A DNA stretch of 63,979 nt, counting the filler, from Bipalium vagum (Eukaryota), in assembly GCA_037834085.1 (NCBI GenBank). It is 3 parts of 3 records of this genome, joined end to end, with 100 filler letters (N's around TTAATTAATTAA, not from the genome) between each part and the next. Parts side by side here need not be neighbours in the genome. Positions count along the whole stretch, not along the records: positions 1 to 15,976 come from JBBMKC010135219.1; positions 16,077 to 46,289 come from JBBMKC010003223.1; 1 more part is not named here. One strand, 5' to 3'. The position numbers and the translations under genes are program-made. How positions within the stretch are numbered: position 1 is the first letter of the stretch; each line of letters starts with the position of its first letter. A model generated the notes under the pieces. It had not been told where the DNA came from. It saw only the letters and a list, made by a program, of their open reading frames with translations, and did no database searches. Below, piece by piece: positions 14,461 to 29,200 of this stretch.

Positions 14461-15976
14461 TAATCCATTATTGATTGTTCACTGTAATTCGTTTTGTGTT
14501 AAGAGGATATTCGGTATTATTAATTTTTAAAATTATTCTTATTCTTATTATTATATTATTAAAAATAAAATAATGAAAATAATAAAAATAAAATAATAAA
14601 ATAATAATAAAAATAATAATTATAAAATAATAATAATAGAATAGAATAAAAAACAAATAATAAAAAAGACAAGCAAATTTATGAAAAATACCAACATAAA
14701 AAATGATAAATTAAATTTTTATTTAGTAAATCCTAAATGAATTTTTCTGTCTCAAAAAAGAATAATAAAATTGATAATGAAATAATTTTTATTTTACTGA
14801 CAAATATTGTTATGAATATAAATGGAACATGCCGTGTAAAATCATTATAAAATGTCATAAATAGAAAGGGCAATTCAGCGAAATTTACAATGAATTTATC
14901 TCCATACTATAATTTAATTACAATTCACATTTTATTATATTTAATTAAAAATAATTAAAATTATTATTATTATAATATAATTTTATTGGTTAATATTGAA
15001 ATTATTAATTTTTAAGACTAATACNNNNNNNNNNNNNNNNNNNNNNNNNNNNNNNNNNNNNNNNNNNNNNNNNNNNNNNNNNNNNNNNNNNNNNNNNNNN
15101 NNNNNNNNNNNNNNNNNNNNNNNNNNNNNNNNNNNNNNNNNNNNNNNNNNNNNNNNNNNNNNNNNNNNNNNNNNNNNNNNNNNNNNNNNNNNNNNTTATT
15201 ATTTTTCCTCACTATATCCCAAGTAAAATAATTTTGGACGATCTCTGTTAAAATTTTGAAACATTTTTGGCACTTTTAAAAAAATATTTTTCAGATGTCA
15301 AATTGTGTGGCTAAAATAACCCTCACGAAATCCGTCCACCAGAAAGCGTTCAAACTGGAACACTGAGAACCATTAATAAACGCAGCTCTGTGATGATGCT
15401 TTGTTACGGAAGAATAAATGAAATCATTAAGGTGTGGCTTCGGTGTAGGGCCACATTAAAAATCATAGTAATTTTATATATTTCAAATGTGGACCCAATT
15501 GGGAGAAATTCATCAAATCCCTATTTTTTCAAACGACCTGTGGTATGATACAGTCTGTCTAAAATTTTTTCCCGCCTTCTTATAAATGTGAAAATCTTAA
15601 AAAATTTCAATGGAAATTAAAAGTTTTTGATATTAATACAGGTATACGTCGTATCGATGGATTATTCAACGATTTGTATCGATTCAAATAAAAAGTTTTA
15701 AACAATCAATTAAGAGATTGGCCAACATTTATTCACACACATTTTTGAATTCGAATTATCTATTTTTCTACAGTTTTTAAAATAAAAATTGGCATATTTC
15801 CGAAAGATAATTCACAAAGCTTTATAATATTAAAATATTCTGAGCTGTTCTTCGTTTCACGGTACAGTGAAACCTGCATAAATGAACACCTCTTTTATCT
15901 GAACATTTAATTCCGTACACTGTAAATATAAGTTATTGTCACCTGTGTTAATTGAAAACCTGTATACTTTAAAATT

Positions 15977-16076
15977 NNNNNNNNNNNNNNNNNNNNNNNN
16001 NNNNNNNNNNNNNNNNNNNNTTAATTAATTAANNNNNNNNNNNNNNNNNNNNNNNNNNNNNNNNNNNNNNNNNNNN
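15977..16076. other. Artificial scaffold join
   Basis: 44 N + TTAATTAATTAA + 44 N; stops in all six frames. Confidence 0.95.
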
Positions 16077-16629
16077 CAAAATAATCCCTTGTAAATATAT
16101 TATATTACATATACTATATTATTATCATCTCAATACATTTCATAAAATTATACCTAAAATATAAAATAATCCTGATATCGGCATTAAATGTTTAAAAAAA
16201 CAAGATTTTTAGGGTGATGCAAGACTTTTTACCATCACTGTAAATCCCTCGGCTAATTTTCAATTTATCTCAAAATAAATAAAATAAAATAATAAAACAA
16301 TAAAATGTTTAAATAATAATATTTAGGTTTGATATTTCAGAGGCAAGAATTAACTTTAGTTAAAATTAGATTCAAAGTACTTCTTCAAATAACATAAAAT
16401 TTTCTAATTAAATATACAAAAAATATCCAGTTTCGTTGAAGGTCTTGTCGACAGTTTTCTGTCAACGGTTTTTGAAAGAAAAATTCAGAGACTTTTGAAA
16501 GAGTGATAATCTATAAATTCCATAGAAATGTTGTGGATATTCTATTAAAATATTTTGACTAAAGTTTTGCATCTGTATTTGGAAAAAATACAGAATGCTA
16601 AACCCTGACATTGTGCCAGATAAACAATA

Positions 16630-17141
16630 CGAGGGTAAAATAAAAAGTTCTCGGCTTATCAAAGAAAGTTAAGAAAGAAAACAGCAGTTAAAACAAGTTC
16701 TAAGTTACCGAAAAGGCAAAATTTGGTGAGATCAAGAATAAATATCCTCGCATAGAAAGAAAACAGATGCTTTCTTATCATGACATCGAATCAACACATT
16801 CTTCAACAATTACACATGGAAAACTGTTTGAACTACGATATGGACTGCTTTCTCATTCACAATACTCTTTGGATTTGGCAATGAATGATTTCTTTTTATT
16901 TTCAAACTTGAAAATCTGGCTTTCTAGAAAACAATTCAGGTCAGACCAAAAAGTCAAATAGAAAACTAATACATATTTTGAAGGTAAATAAATCATCTTA
17001 TTCTGATTGGATTAAAAGACTTGAATATCATTGGAATAAATGTATTGCATTGCAATGAGACTATGTTGAAAAGTAAATATCATTTTTGTCAAAAGGCTTG
17101 TTCTTTCTTTATTAGGCCAAAAACTTTCTACTCCAAACTCG
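16630..17141 (+). mobile_element. Internally deleted mariner
   Basis: Degenerate TIRs TA-CGAG...CTCG-TA; LLSHSQYSLDLAMNDFFLFSNLK. Confidence 0.8.
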
Positions 17142-17207
17142 TAGTTAGTTTAATATCCAATTTTCTGTTAATTTCTTTAATGTTGATGATAATTTTCATT
17201 GTTTTAG

Positions 17208-20200
17208 ATAATTATAAATTTCCGAACTCATTCGCCATAATAATAACATCACCAATTTTGTATAGCACGTTTCTTTGTGTATCTTTGAGATTTTCTTTTT
17301 GAAAATAAAAGAGTATGGTTGAGAAATCATACATTATCATCTAGAATCTTCCGACTACCACCTGTTCTTTTCAATATAACATTACTTAATCAGGAGATAA
17401 TTTTATTTTTATAAACCTGTTAACATTCACATCTCAGCCTATTTTCCTTTCAAACAGGCGAGTTTATATGAAGAAAAGTTTTCTCAGAAAAGAGACATTG
17501 TGAAGATCAATGAGAATTATGTGTTTCAATAATCCATCTGTACTGTATTATGTTTTGTATTTATAGAGTTCCAGAACTAATATTCCAGAATTTAATTTAA
17601 GATTTATGAGTCTGTTTATACAATGGTTTCTTCAGGTTTTCAAAAATGATTAGAATATTAATAATATTCACTTATTAATTATAATTTTGGTGAAATCTAA
17701 TATAAATTCTTTTTAGCATTCTTAAATTATATTATTATTAATATTAATATAAATAATAAAATTACAGTATTATTAAAAATTTTCTCGAAAAATCAAATTA
17801 AAAAAAGTAATTAGAATAAAATTAACATAAAATACTAATTTAAATAATTTATATTATGAAATTTATTTGAAACATTATTATTTTTTTTAATAATTTGAAT
17901 TTTAATTCGAAAATTTTCAAATTAATAAAAAAGAAAATACCTAATTTGTAATTCTGGTTTTATCTTAATATTAAAAATATTATAATATTGAAAATAAAAT
18001 AATAGAAAAGTAACAATAATAAATAAAATAATAACAAAAGTAATGATAGTAAAATAATAACAAAAAATAATAAAAATATAATAATAAAATTATTAATCCA
18101 TGTGCTAAGTGAGAAAAATGTGAAATATAATAAAATATTCTATAAAAGATTATCTGTTAAATCATGTGAATGTACAGAATAAATTATTTTTATTTGTTTT
18201 ATAGTTATTATCATATACAGTCCCCGCCAAAAGTCTTTGGCCACCATGTTAAAAAGCCTAGTTAAAAAAAATAAAGTTAGTTAAAAATATAATTATAAAT
18301 GTTCTTGTGAGCTTATTTCTAATGTCGTTAACGTTCTTTACATTTGTACTTAATAAATATTAATGACTAGAATCATATAAATGCTTTTTTCTACAATTTT
18401 AAGAGTGGCCAAAGACTTTTGGTAGGGACTGTAGTATGTATTAGGGATCCATTTTAACTATGAGCTCCTAATCAACAAAACCTCAAAATAAATTTTATTG
18501 TTAACATACAAAATTTAATTGATTAAAAATTCTTCATCACTGTCAACTACTCTATGTCATCTATCTACCAAAGAATGAATACCATCGAAATAAAATTTAG
18601 TATTTTCTTGATTAAAAAAGTTTGGAAGTCGTTTCTTTAGTTTAAATGCCTTTGTCATATCAACAGAATAAGTAGTCACTGATGTGAGTATTTGCAATAC
18701 TTTTTACCATTTCAATAAGAAATAACAAATTATTATCTATATTTAAATGTGACACAACTTGTATTATTCAAAAAAATATAACATATATTCTAACAAAGAA
18801 TTTCAAATAGATTTAAATTGATTTTATTAAAATAAAACGTTTAAATTTTGCAATATAAAGGACTCACAGTTAAATTGAATCCATAATATATCTTTTTTTA
18901 ATGATATAAAGCATATATCAAAATTTTGAAATATTTAATTTAGGGAAATCTTAGGTATATAAAGGAGCTACCTGTAAACCTTTACTGAATCTCTTTTAAT
19001 TGTTAATCTGGATTTAGAAATACAGATTAAAAAGTCAATATTTTTGAAATTTATCTCCATTTTAAATTCTCCCCCCATTAATTGAGTGATTACGCTGTTC
19101 TGTTACACTGTTCCAGTCTCGCATTCATTTCAGGTTTTGCATTTAGTGAAGAGGGTTGATACAAGTGACTACACAGTTGAATACAGATTTCACGCTACTC
19201 CATTCTACAACGCTATTGACCAAACGCGACATGTTATGAAGCTTGTTAGAACCAGGTTTCGTGAGAAATATCAGACTGAACCACCAGAACGTCATGTAAT
19301 TAAAGCTTGGAGTAGCAAATTACTGAAGAAGATAGCTTGATAGATAACTTTTATCAGTCTAATAAGACATGATGTACAGGTAAACTGGTATTTAACGAAC
19401 AGTAATGTCGCAATTTTTGCATGTTATTAATAATGAAAATAACGAACAAGCAATATTACTCAACTATTTTAGTCTGAAAATATTTTTATATTTATTTATT
19501 TATATTTATAATAATTTTTTAATTAAAAGCAAGATAAAATTAAAATTGATTTAATTTGATAAAAATGGTAAATTTTTGGAGATTTTCTTTTATTTAATAT
19601 TACTTTTTTTATATGATATATCATCTCGATATCCTCTGGTCAGTTTAAAGCAAAATACTGTTTTATTTCGTGTGCATATATAAAATGTTTCAAACAAAGT
19701 AATATTTTCTATTCTTTTGTTATTATTTTCCCGTTCTTCATTGTTATTCTCATTATTTTTATCCTTTCCTTCTTCATTAATATAATTTCTCTATATGAAA
19801 AGTCTATTTATTATCTACAAAGGGATCATATAGTATAGGAATGTCTTCAAATTGATAGAGTGAGTTTCTTACCTGAAGCGCCTTAGTAAAAACAACCTAT
19901 GATATAACATATACATGATATATATATGAAGAAGTATTCTCAGTTATCATTTCCCATGATTTTTTGATTAAAAATATGATATCAAGTATTTTAATTTTAG
20001 CCATTACCGCATGATATATTGCACGTATTTTGATTTTCATTCTCTGGAAATCTTTCTGTTTTAAAATCTTTTATAATTTGATTTAAGTGATGAAAAATTT
20101 TCCCTGATAAAATGGTTTTATTTTTGATGTTGTAGTAGGAGATAGAAAGTAAAGCTCGATATTTGAAAGTTCTGCTGAAACCGGGTGAACTAAAGCATGG

Positions 20201-23200
20201 TCTAAAATGAATAAAACTTTTCGGTTTTCCATCATAAATACATCACTGATTTCGTGTAACATTACACTAAAACCAGATAGGTTCATCCAAGCCTTTTTGT
20301 TCCATGTATACTTTAACATTATTTTTTAAGATTCAGATTTAAATACAACTTTGAATTAAAGGATTATATTTATTGCCATGCATTCCTATCATTAGTATAA
20401 TGGTCACTCTTTCGAAAATTCTCCCAAGGCCTTATCATCGGCAGTTAAGATTATTGTGTTATAAATTGATGATCTTTAAAACAAACCACTTTCATCACAA
20501 TTAATAAAATTAGAAGTGTCATACTCATTTAGTTTATTAATTAATTTTTCATTAAAATCGGTAATTAAATCAATATTTACACATCTTTCTCCACAAGTTG
20601 TACTGATTTATATATTATTTCTGTGTTTAAATGAAACAAGCCATCCATTAGTTGCCTTAAAATTAACTAAGTTAGATAATTTTGAAGTGACATTTTTATA
20701 ATATTTAATATCATAATATTTAACTGATTTTTTACTTTTTCTAATATCTTCCAATGATGAATTAGAATAGAAATCTTTTTTCTTAAGTCAATATACCTAT
20801 TACACCCATAGGTATATTGACTTTTGATGACAAGTCTTTTATTTCCAATGACGGGTTTTTATTTTTAAATTCACTTATATTTTTCTTTCTTTGTCGTATA
20901 TCTTCATTTCTTTTATGTATTTTGCAACATGGTTTAATATTTGTTGATTAATGAATATTTAAACAAAACTAATTAGTGATTTTATTGGTTAAGCTCAACT
21001 AAAATTACTCATTACTCACAGAACAACTACCAAATAAACGCGTTCGTTAATTGACTTTTTTTATCTACCATTATGGTCTGACTTAGTTATTCTACACGTA
21101 ATGTTCAGAGATTTCGTTAATTAAAAGCTTTGTTAAATAAAAGTTTACCTGTACTTATAAAAACGAAAGGAATGATGGATGATCTAATTTTTTATAGATC
21201 AATTCTTAGTTAAACTATGGTTTATGTTTTTAAAACTCCTTATATTTACTCTACAGAGAAAGATGCAAATTGAACATTTTCACATCAATAGAGATGTGAA
21301 CCCAATTCGTTCCTTCATATGTGACTTTAGTGATATTTTGCTTAATTGACACAGACTGTTTTCCTGAAACTTGAAGATCATAATATGATATTGTAAATAA
21401 TTTTTATTTTTAAATACACCCCGAAATTGATAAATTGCAACCGGATCAAGTTCTGGTTAAATGTCCTAAATATTTACCACTCTTTGATAATATTCCTTTC
21501 TGAATAAATTGTGATTAATTAAAACTTAACAAAATGAATATTCGATTTTTCTCTATGGATATCTGATTGCAGAAATATTCACATCGCAATATAAATTTTC
21601 AGTATCTGTCTCTGTTTCTTTTATTTACTTATTCTTGAAGTGAAAAAATCTATATTTATTTATCAAACCCCTACTTAATGTTGCTTTATTTTAAACTTCT
21701 TTTCTCTATGAAAAAAATTGAAAAAAGTCTAACTTGTCATAATTGAATTTTTTAATAACTCTTAATTAAACAAAATTTTCCAACTGGTCAAAGTTGCGAT
21801 ATAAAGGATATATGATGATAGTTATTTTATTTCATTATTAGATAATAAAAAGGTCTTCAATGTAGATATCTGGTTTTCAAAATATTTTGGTAATCCTTCA
21901 GCAAAGCAGCGTAAAATTGACATCAATTCTCTGAAAGATGCAACATAAATAAGACAAAGGTATTTGAATAAATGCTTTATGTAATGTAAGAATATACAAT
22001 TCAAATATTATATGGAAAGTAAGGCAACAAACGTAGGTCTGTATTTATGCCATTCACGCCACATTAAGTCGTTAAGGTACGACACGAACAACGCATCCGG
22101 TGTCAGATGTTTAATAAAATATTTTACGTCGCTTAAGTGAAGGATTACCATTATTTGTACATTTCAAAGAAATGTTTTAAGCAATTTTTCAACAAAATCA
22201 ATAATCAACTTAAATTTTTAAAAATATTCTGTTACAAATAAATATTTGCCACGATCAATAATTATAAATAAATAATTATTATTATTTATTTTTCTTTTAA
22301 ACTTTTGCAAAGGTTTCATTTTTGTATTTTAAATGAAATATAAACTGTATTTATTGATTTGGTAGATATTATTTATTTTATTATTACATATTGGGATAGA
22401 TCTTTTAAACAAGATATTAAAATTTTTATATTTTGTAGAATGGCAATATTAACGGAATATAAAAATATCAGTTCTCTAGAGAGATGTACAGGTTATTTTT
22501 TAAGCACCTACATAAATGAAACGCAGAATTCAAAGACCACAAAATTACAAAAATTTTCAGATTTGGACTTGAATTCCAATAATACGGGTACTTATCATTT
22601 AATATTTCTATGACCTTTATGTTTTCTTTAAGATTATTATTTTTGTTTCATTTTACTTAATTATATATTTAATAATATTAAATTGTGTCATCTGAAATGT
22701 TCGATTACATGATAAAAAGAAAAAACAACGAAAAACGTATAAGGTTTTCTATTCACTTAAAATAGTCACAATTACATCCAGCCATATTTTGCCAACGAGT
22801 TACCAGGTTTTGAATACCATTTTTGTAAACATCTGACGCCAGAGATACCTATTTCGATACTTTCCCGATTTGTAAAGATTTTCTTGACTAGAAAATTATA
22901 GAGATCCATAAAGAGATAGCAATCCGTCAGTTTTGGAAATGCGCTCCACAGTCTACAGACTTTCTATCCTTGTATTAGTTAGCTTTAATAAATTCTGTTT
23001 CCATACATGTGGTTGCTCATTGACATGAAATAGGATTACTCTTTTCCTGTTGGCCGATGAAAGCTGCTTATTACCTAATTTTTGTGAATGAATTCTGGAT
23101 CTAAACATTAATCGTCTGGTTTGATAGTCTCTTACAGAACTTACAGAGAAAGATATATGATACCAACCACTGATGAATAGATGATTGACAAGCATTAGTT

Positions 23201-26200
23201 TTTGGAGTGCAGAGCAGGTTTCGGGATAGGAGACGAAGATTAATCGACATTTTCCTATTGTACTGAAAATCTTTGGTTATTATAGAGACTTAAATACTTA
23301 TAAAGTATAAATAAGAGATTCTTGGATTATCTTTGAGGCTTGTACTCATCTCAGTAGTGATATATTCAGAAAAATATTTTAATATTACGATATCGTTTGT
23401 TAATTTATTCATTAAGAAATAAGCTCATTGTTCATTAGATAAAGACAGATGTCTTTTGTCGATTTTGGCTATAAATTCCAATAGGTGGGACATTAAATAT
23501 ATACTTTTAATATTAGAAGTAGATATACATCTCCCCTATCATGATAACAGATAACCATATGGTTTAAGTGTTTCTAATAATGATATTATCTCAATGAATT
23601 GTGTACATTAAACGTAACATTTAGTTTGATATAAAATGTAATGGAAATTCACTTTGGATGAATTACATCACCAAAAAGAAAATTATAAGATTGACAGTTA
23701 AGCGACAATTATATAGAGAGGAAGAGATATGTTTTATGTAATTAAAGGTTGCTCCTTCAAAAGACAGTGTTTTCTGATTAGCTGAATCTAGCTTAGAAGC
23801 TGATTTTTTTGATTCATTTCTTTTAAGAACTTATGAAGATAGTTATGATTTAATTGTATTAATGACTATCTATGTGCAACGAATCTTGTCGGCCTGGGCA
23901 CGCCTTATTTGAACACCTTTTTACTTGGTATTAGATTTTAAATAGTATTTATTATAAATTTATGAAGTTCAAGTGTATATTGTAAAAACCTTCATAATTT
24001 TCGGAGATACTTTTCGTGACATCAGTAGAATATTTTATCAGTTTTTAATGAAACCCTTATCTTTTTATTTAAACTTTTTTGATGCTACACTTTAAAAATT
24101 AATTTCTATATTCCTTGTGAAAGAGAAAAAAAATTTTTCATAAAATTGGTATAATAAAGATATTAATCATTATTTTAATTATTATTTATGAAAAGATGAC
24201 ACGTGAAAAAGACAGAAAAAGTATGAATATAAATACCTGTGAAAGATCTATTAATATGTTAATATTAGCTAGCGATGCTTAATCAGATTCATTCTCTTTT
24301 TTAATAAGGTTAGGTTCTACTGTAATCCTACAAGTAAAACAAAATATCATCACTACAATTTTTTAAGTTTTAACTCAGAATCACGAAAATCCTCACAATA
24401 GAAAATCAACAGTCTTCTGAATAACATTCATCACACTTCTATCGTACAACCCTATAACATCAATTGGTTTCCGTCCACATACCATAAATTAATTTCTTTG
24501 AATACATTCACAATTAAATATTAATATGAATAAAAACTAAAAGTCAAACAATAAATTTAAAATAAATCACGTACAGTAATATGATATATACAGTTAATAT
24601 ACAGTTAGACTCCTTGACTAACCGCGAATTCACTTTTGCGTTATTCGTGATCTGTCGACCTCCACAGTTTTCATACGGTTTTCATAGAAATCATAAAATT
24701 TCATACTTTCCAATATTTGCCCAACAATTTTTCTTCTCAACTCATTGAGGCCGCTTATAAGGAATACACCAGCTAATGGAATTCTGCAGAGTCGAGAGCT
24801 CAATGGTTTCTTTAGCAAAAGAAACCACAAACTAGGCAGCAAAGACTGTTGATAAAATGATTCGCTCCGAAAAGAGCAGAGAAAAAATATAAATCCATTG
24901 GATCCATTAGAGCAAAATTATTGGAAAAAGATGAAAGCTCTTTTCAAGCTTCAGGAAAACAATCAAAGCTCTCTCGAGAGTATTAATTATTGGGACAGCT
25001 CATCTGTATAAAAATTATTTATTTAATTTTTATATTAATATTGATATTATTATTAGCTAATGTTCTTTATTATAAAAATTTTTTTTTAATTATTTAAAAA
25101 CTTAAAAAATCTACTAAGGAAAAAAAAATAATAAAATAGTAGTTTCAATAAAAATAAAATATGATTATTAAAAATAAAAGGCAATGGTGTAATTTTGACA
25201 GTATAAAAGTATATATTTTTAAAAATGTTCCATTTTATAAAGGAGATATTGAACAATGTATAACAAATTGTTATGCATTTTTAAAAAATGATAACTGGAA
25301 AATGTCCACGAGTATTACATTTAAAATCTATAAATTATTTTAATAAAATCTGATACTTATATTGATAAAAGTCAATTAGTAGGATTATTGAATAATAATA
25401 TTAAATCTCTTTGTAATTATTAATTTATTGCAAAAGTATTTCATAATATTTATTTTGTGGAAGTTTATTAATTATCTTTTTAAATTCAACTTCTCATAAA
25501 TTATTCAAATCTTCACTCTTTTATTTATATATATTATTATATTTATATATTATATTTTGGTATATAAAAATTAGAATTTTTCGTAATTTTATCAATATTT
25601 TTTATCAGATTTTTATTTTTATTTTTTTTATAATTATTTTAATTTTTTAAATTTTGATTTCGTTTCAAATAATAGAAAAATCATATTTACTTAAAAATTA
25701 AAGTTTTTAAAAAATTAACTTGTTGTTCTATTCATAAATTTCCAGTTATGTGTTTATAGACATTGGATATATTTATTATAGAGGCATTAAAATTTTTAAT
25801 CAGTATCTTTTTATACTGTTATGAATTTCTAAGAGCAATTGTTTATGTTTATCATTTTTAAAATGTTTGAGAAAAAATAAACAGAAAATATATTAACCTA
25901 GAAGAAATATATGACAGTCTGGTTTTAATTCAACTTCAATAAAATCCGCAAGTGAAAGGAAATGTGAAGTAATCGACAAAAATATTATAATTAAAGTTTT
26001 ATATAAACAGAAGTGTTGACTATGAATAATTTTTTTGTCAGGAAAAAATCATTATTTAACCTTATAGATAACATTTTTCAAAGTAATAAAGTATTACATT
26101 TGTTTTAATTTACAATTTTTATTTGAGAAATGACGGTTGAATAAATATAATTTTAGCATATAATATTCTAAGAATCATTCTTTAAAGAAAGAAGAAAGTC

Positions 26201-29200
26201 TGTAGAAACGAACAGAGAAATACACAACACTCTTAGATTGGATATATTAGTTAAAGAATGAAATGTTCATGTGGTTTACAAAATTTCGTACTGGAGTTTC
26301 CAGCATTAAAATTCTTTTCTGGGAGGTCAATCTACAGTTCACTGTGACAAAACCAAAGTGATAGATGAAAATAAATCAATTTTAAAAACAGGTTACATAG
26401 AGGACTGTGGGTTAAATGTAGATCTTGTCAGAGATGAATTTAAGATTGATTAGATTTATAAACGATACTTACTTTCAACATGTATTATCAGGTAAAAAAA
26501 TTTGATAAAATTTATGCTTGCATTTCTTTGCTGAATAAAAAGACATTCAAAAACAAAGAAAAAAGAATTTTTAAGCGCAGTATGAAACATTTTGTATAGC
26601 AATGTACAAGGAGCGCGGGATTAGAAAATGAAATGAGAAAGTCTGGTACCAGTTCAAAAACAGAAATACACAGAAAAATGCTAATGCTTAAGTGAGAGTT
26701 GTCGGCAATAATTGAACGTAACCTATTACCCAACAATCAAACAATAAAATCTGAATGCAACTGCGCAGAATTGCAGTTTTGAAAATCATTTCTATAAAAA
26801 AAATCTTTATGGTAATTTGAAAATACTTGAGATCAAGTGTAAAATTCATTTTTAAATAATTAAATAAAAAAATATTATTCATAATTTATATTTTTAATAT
26901 TTCAAAAATACTTTTCAAATCGAAATAATATCGATTAATAAATTACCAATAAATATGGATATTATTGTGTATTATTGATAAAGTTTTGTTTTAATTACAA
27001 ATTATTCCACAGCACATTATCAATTATCGCATTTAATTAATGCAGGAAAATAGTTCTCTTAAATGCAATTAGTTATTAATTACTATTATTAATAACGTTA
27101 TTATTACAAAGGTAATTATAAATAAATATTAAAATAATAATTAGATACATCTTAATATAGATTAATGGAGGTAAACATTTTAAAACTCTGCTCTAAATCT
27201 CAAACTTAATTTGAAAATATTCTTTAATTTTTCTAAAAAGGTTTTCATAGAATCTCGATCAACATTCCATGCAAGTTTCAATAGAAAAGAAGGAAGTAAG
27301 TAAAAGCCAAACAAATTCAGAAATACTTTGTCAAGAACTGTCAATTAGAAAGAGCTTATTTCTTTTTAAATTTAATTTATGAGGTTTATAGACTGTCGTT
27401 TCCTTTTAGAAGTAATTTCGATGTTACAAAATAGAATTACTTGAGTGACAGCACGAAAAATAATTATTATTATATTATATTAATTTTAATTAGTTATAAA
27501 ATTATTTAACGTGATTTTGTCAATTTAAAAATTTTCCGAACATAATCTCCAAAAACTTACATTTGTGTATTTTTTTCAACTTCTTGAGTGGAAAGTGTTA
27601 GGAAGGAAGTCTGTTCGATCTCGTGTCACCTATAAAATATTACTGTCTGCTTTGCAGCTAATCCACTTCACGTCCTAACCCTTTTCCTGTCCTCGTGAAG
27701 TTACTGTGACTTCATATATTACATTTTGTTTGTTCAAATTTCCAATGAATAATAAAAAGTAAAAAACTAAAATCATTCAATCATTCTTCACCATTACAAT
27801 GTCACTGGTCATACAAATCAGATAGATAATTCGGTGAATGAGGTCATTAAAATAGTGACACAACTTAATATTTTTTGATTTATATATTTCCTATAATTAA
27901 AAATATGTTACGATTTTCATGTAATGAAGAGTTATTTACGTGTTATCTATATGAAATCTTTTGAGCATAACAACTCATAATAAGTAAATTCTCCAACGTT
28001 CAGTCTAACTGATTAAGAATAGAATAAAATTGTTTTTCATTCATTTTATGAACATATTCTTGTGAAAAGATATTCTGATAAACAACAGTTCATACAATGA
28101 CATGTTGTAGCATTATTTCTTCTCAATTTATATAATTTTTCTCAATATTCAAAAATATATGACTTTGATTTGTTAATCTCTTCAAAAAAGAATTTATTCT
28201 TTAAAATTTAACCTTTTTGGCACTTATTAGGGTTGTATAAAAAGTTTTTTGTGATTTTAATAGCTTAATTTTGTTTTATCTAAATAAATATTTTTAATAA
28301 CTGTTAGTTGAAAATTAATCGGAGATACCGGGATTTGAATCCGGGACCTTCACATGCGCATGCACTGCTCTGACCGCTGAGCTACATCTCCAAATAATTT
28401 ACAATTTATCTCACAATAACAATTCTTAAAAAATTGATATCATCAATATTTTACTTACATTAATCATGGAAGATCGACATGCAACATATCCTAAGATGGA
28501 GTATTCGTGGGGTATTTCAGATATCTCATTGCATAAGATCCTGCATGAGGAACTGAATATAAGGAAGTTAATTTCCCGTTGAATCCCACATCTTCTAAGT
28601 GATGAAGAAAAAGAAGTTCTATTTAACTGGTTCTTGAATAGATTCAGCGGCAGCTCGAAAATGAGTACAACGTTGTTTGTGGTGACGATTCGTGGTTTTA
28701 TTCATACGAGCCTGAAAAGAAAAGTCAATCTTCGCTTTAGATATACCAATCTGATTAGAATCCGACAAAAGTTACTCGTTCTTGCGGTTTTTGTTCAATG
28801 GTATACAACAATATTTTTGCCAGAAATAATTTTAGTTCTTTGAAAAACAAACATGAAACGGAGAATCATTCTTCATCACGACGATTCTATTTCACATACA
28901 GCTCTCGCAATAACAGATTTTTTATCATCTCAAAATATAGAATTATTGGGTCATCTATCACATAATCCCAACCTATATTCAAAAGACTTTTACATTTCCA
29001 AATATCAAGAATAAACTTCGTGGCCAACGGTTCAAGTCACTGGAAGAGATAATCGACATGTTCAAAATGGAAATTTTTGGTGTTACAACTGATGAGTGGA
29101 ATAACTGGTTTCAACTCATGGAAAAGTGTAAAATCTTTGTGGAGAATATTTTTACAAGCAATAAAATAGTTTTAGTTCTTTTTGCTTTATTTTTATGTCT

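Noticed and set aside
14996-15226. ORFs spanning N runs (also 38482-38664 and 51442-51753)
   Set aside because: Gap artefacts.
16021-16032. Palindromic TTAATTAATTAA as a biological site
   Set aside because: Centred in a fixed 100-bp N spacer, so it is a synthetic linker.
17464-17508. Minus-strand DLHNVSFLRKLFF resembling the missing RhoGAP motif DIH.V..LLKLFF
   Set aside because: Followed at once by a stop, no ELPEPL, on a different scaffold piece, and overlapping a plausible plus-strand exon. Treated as coincidence.
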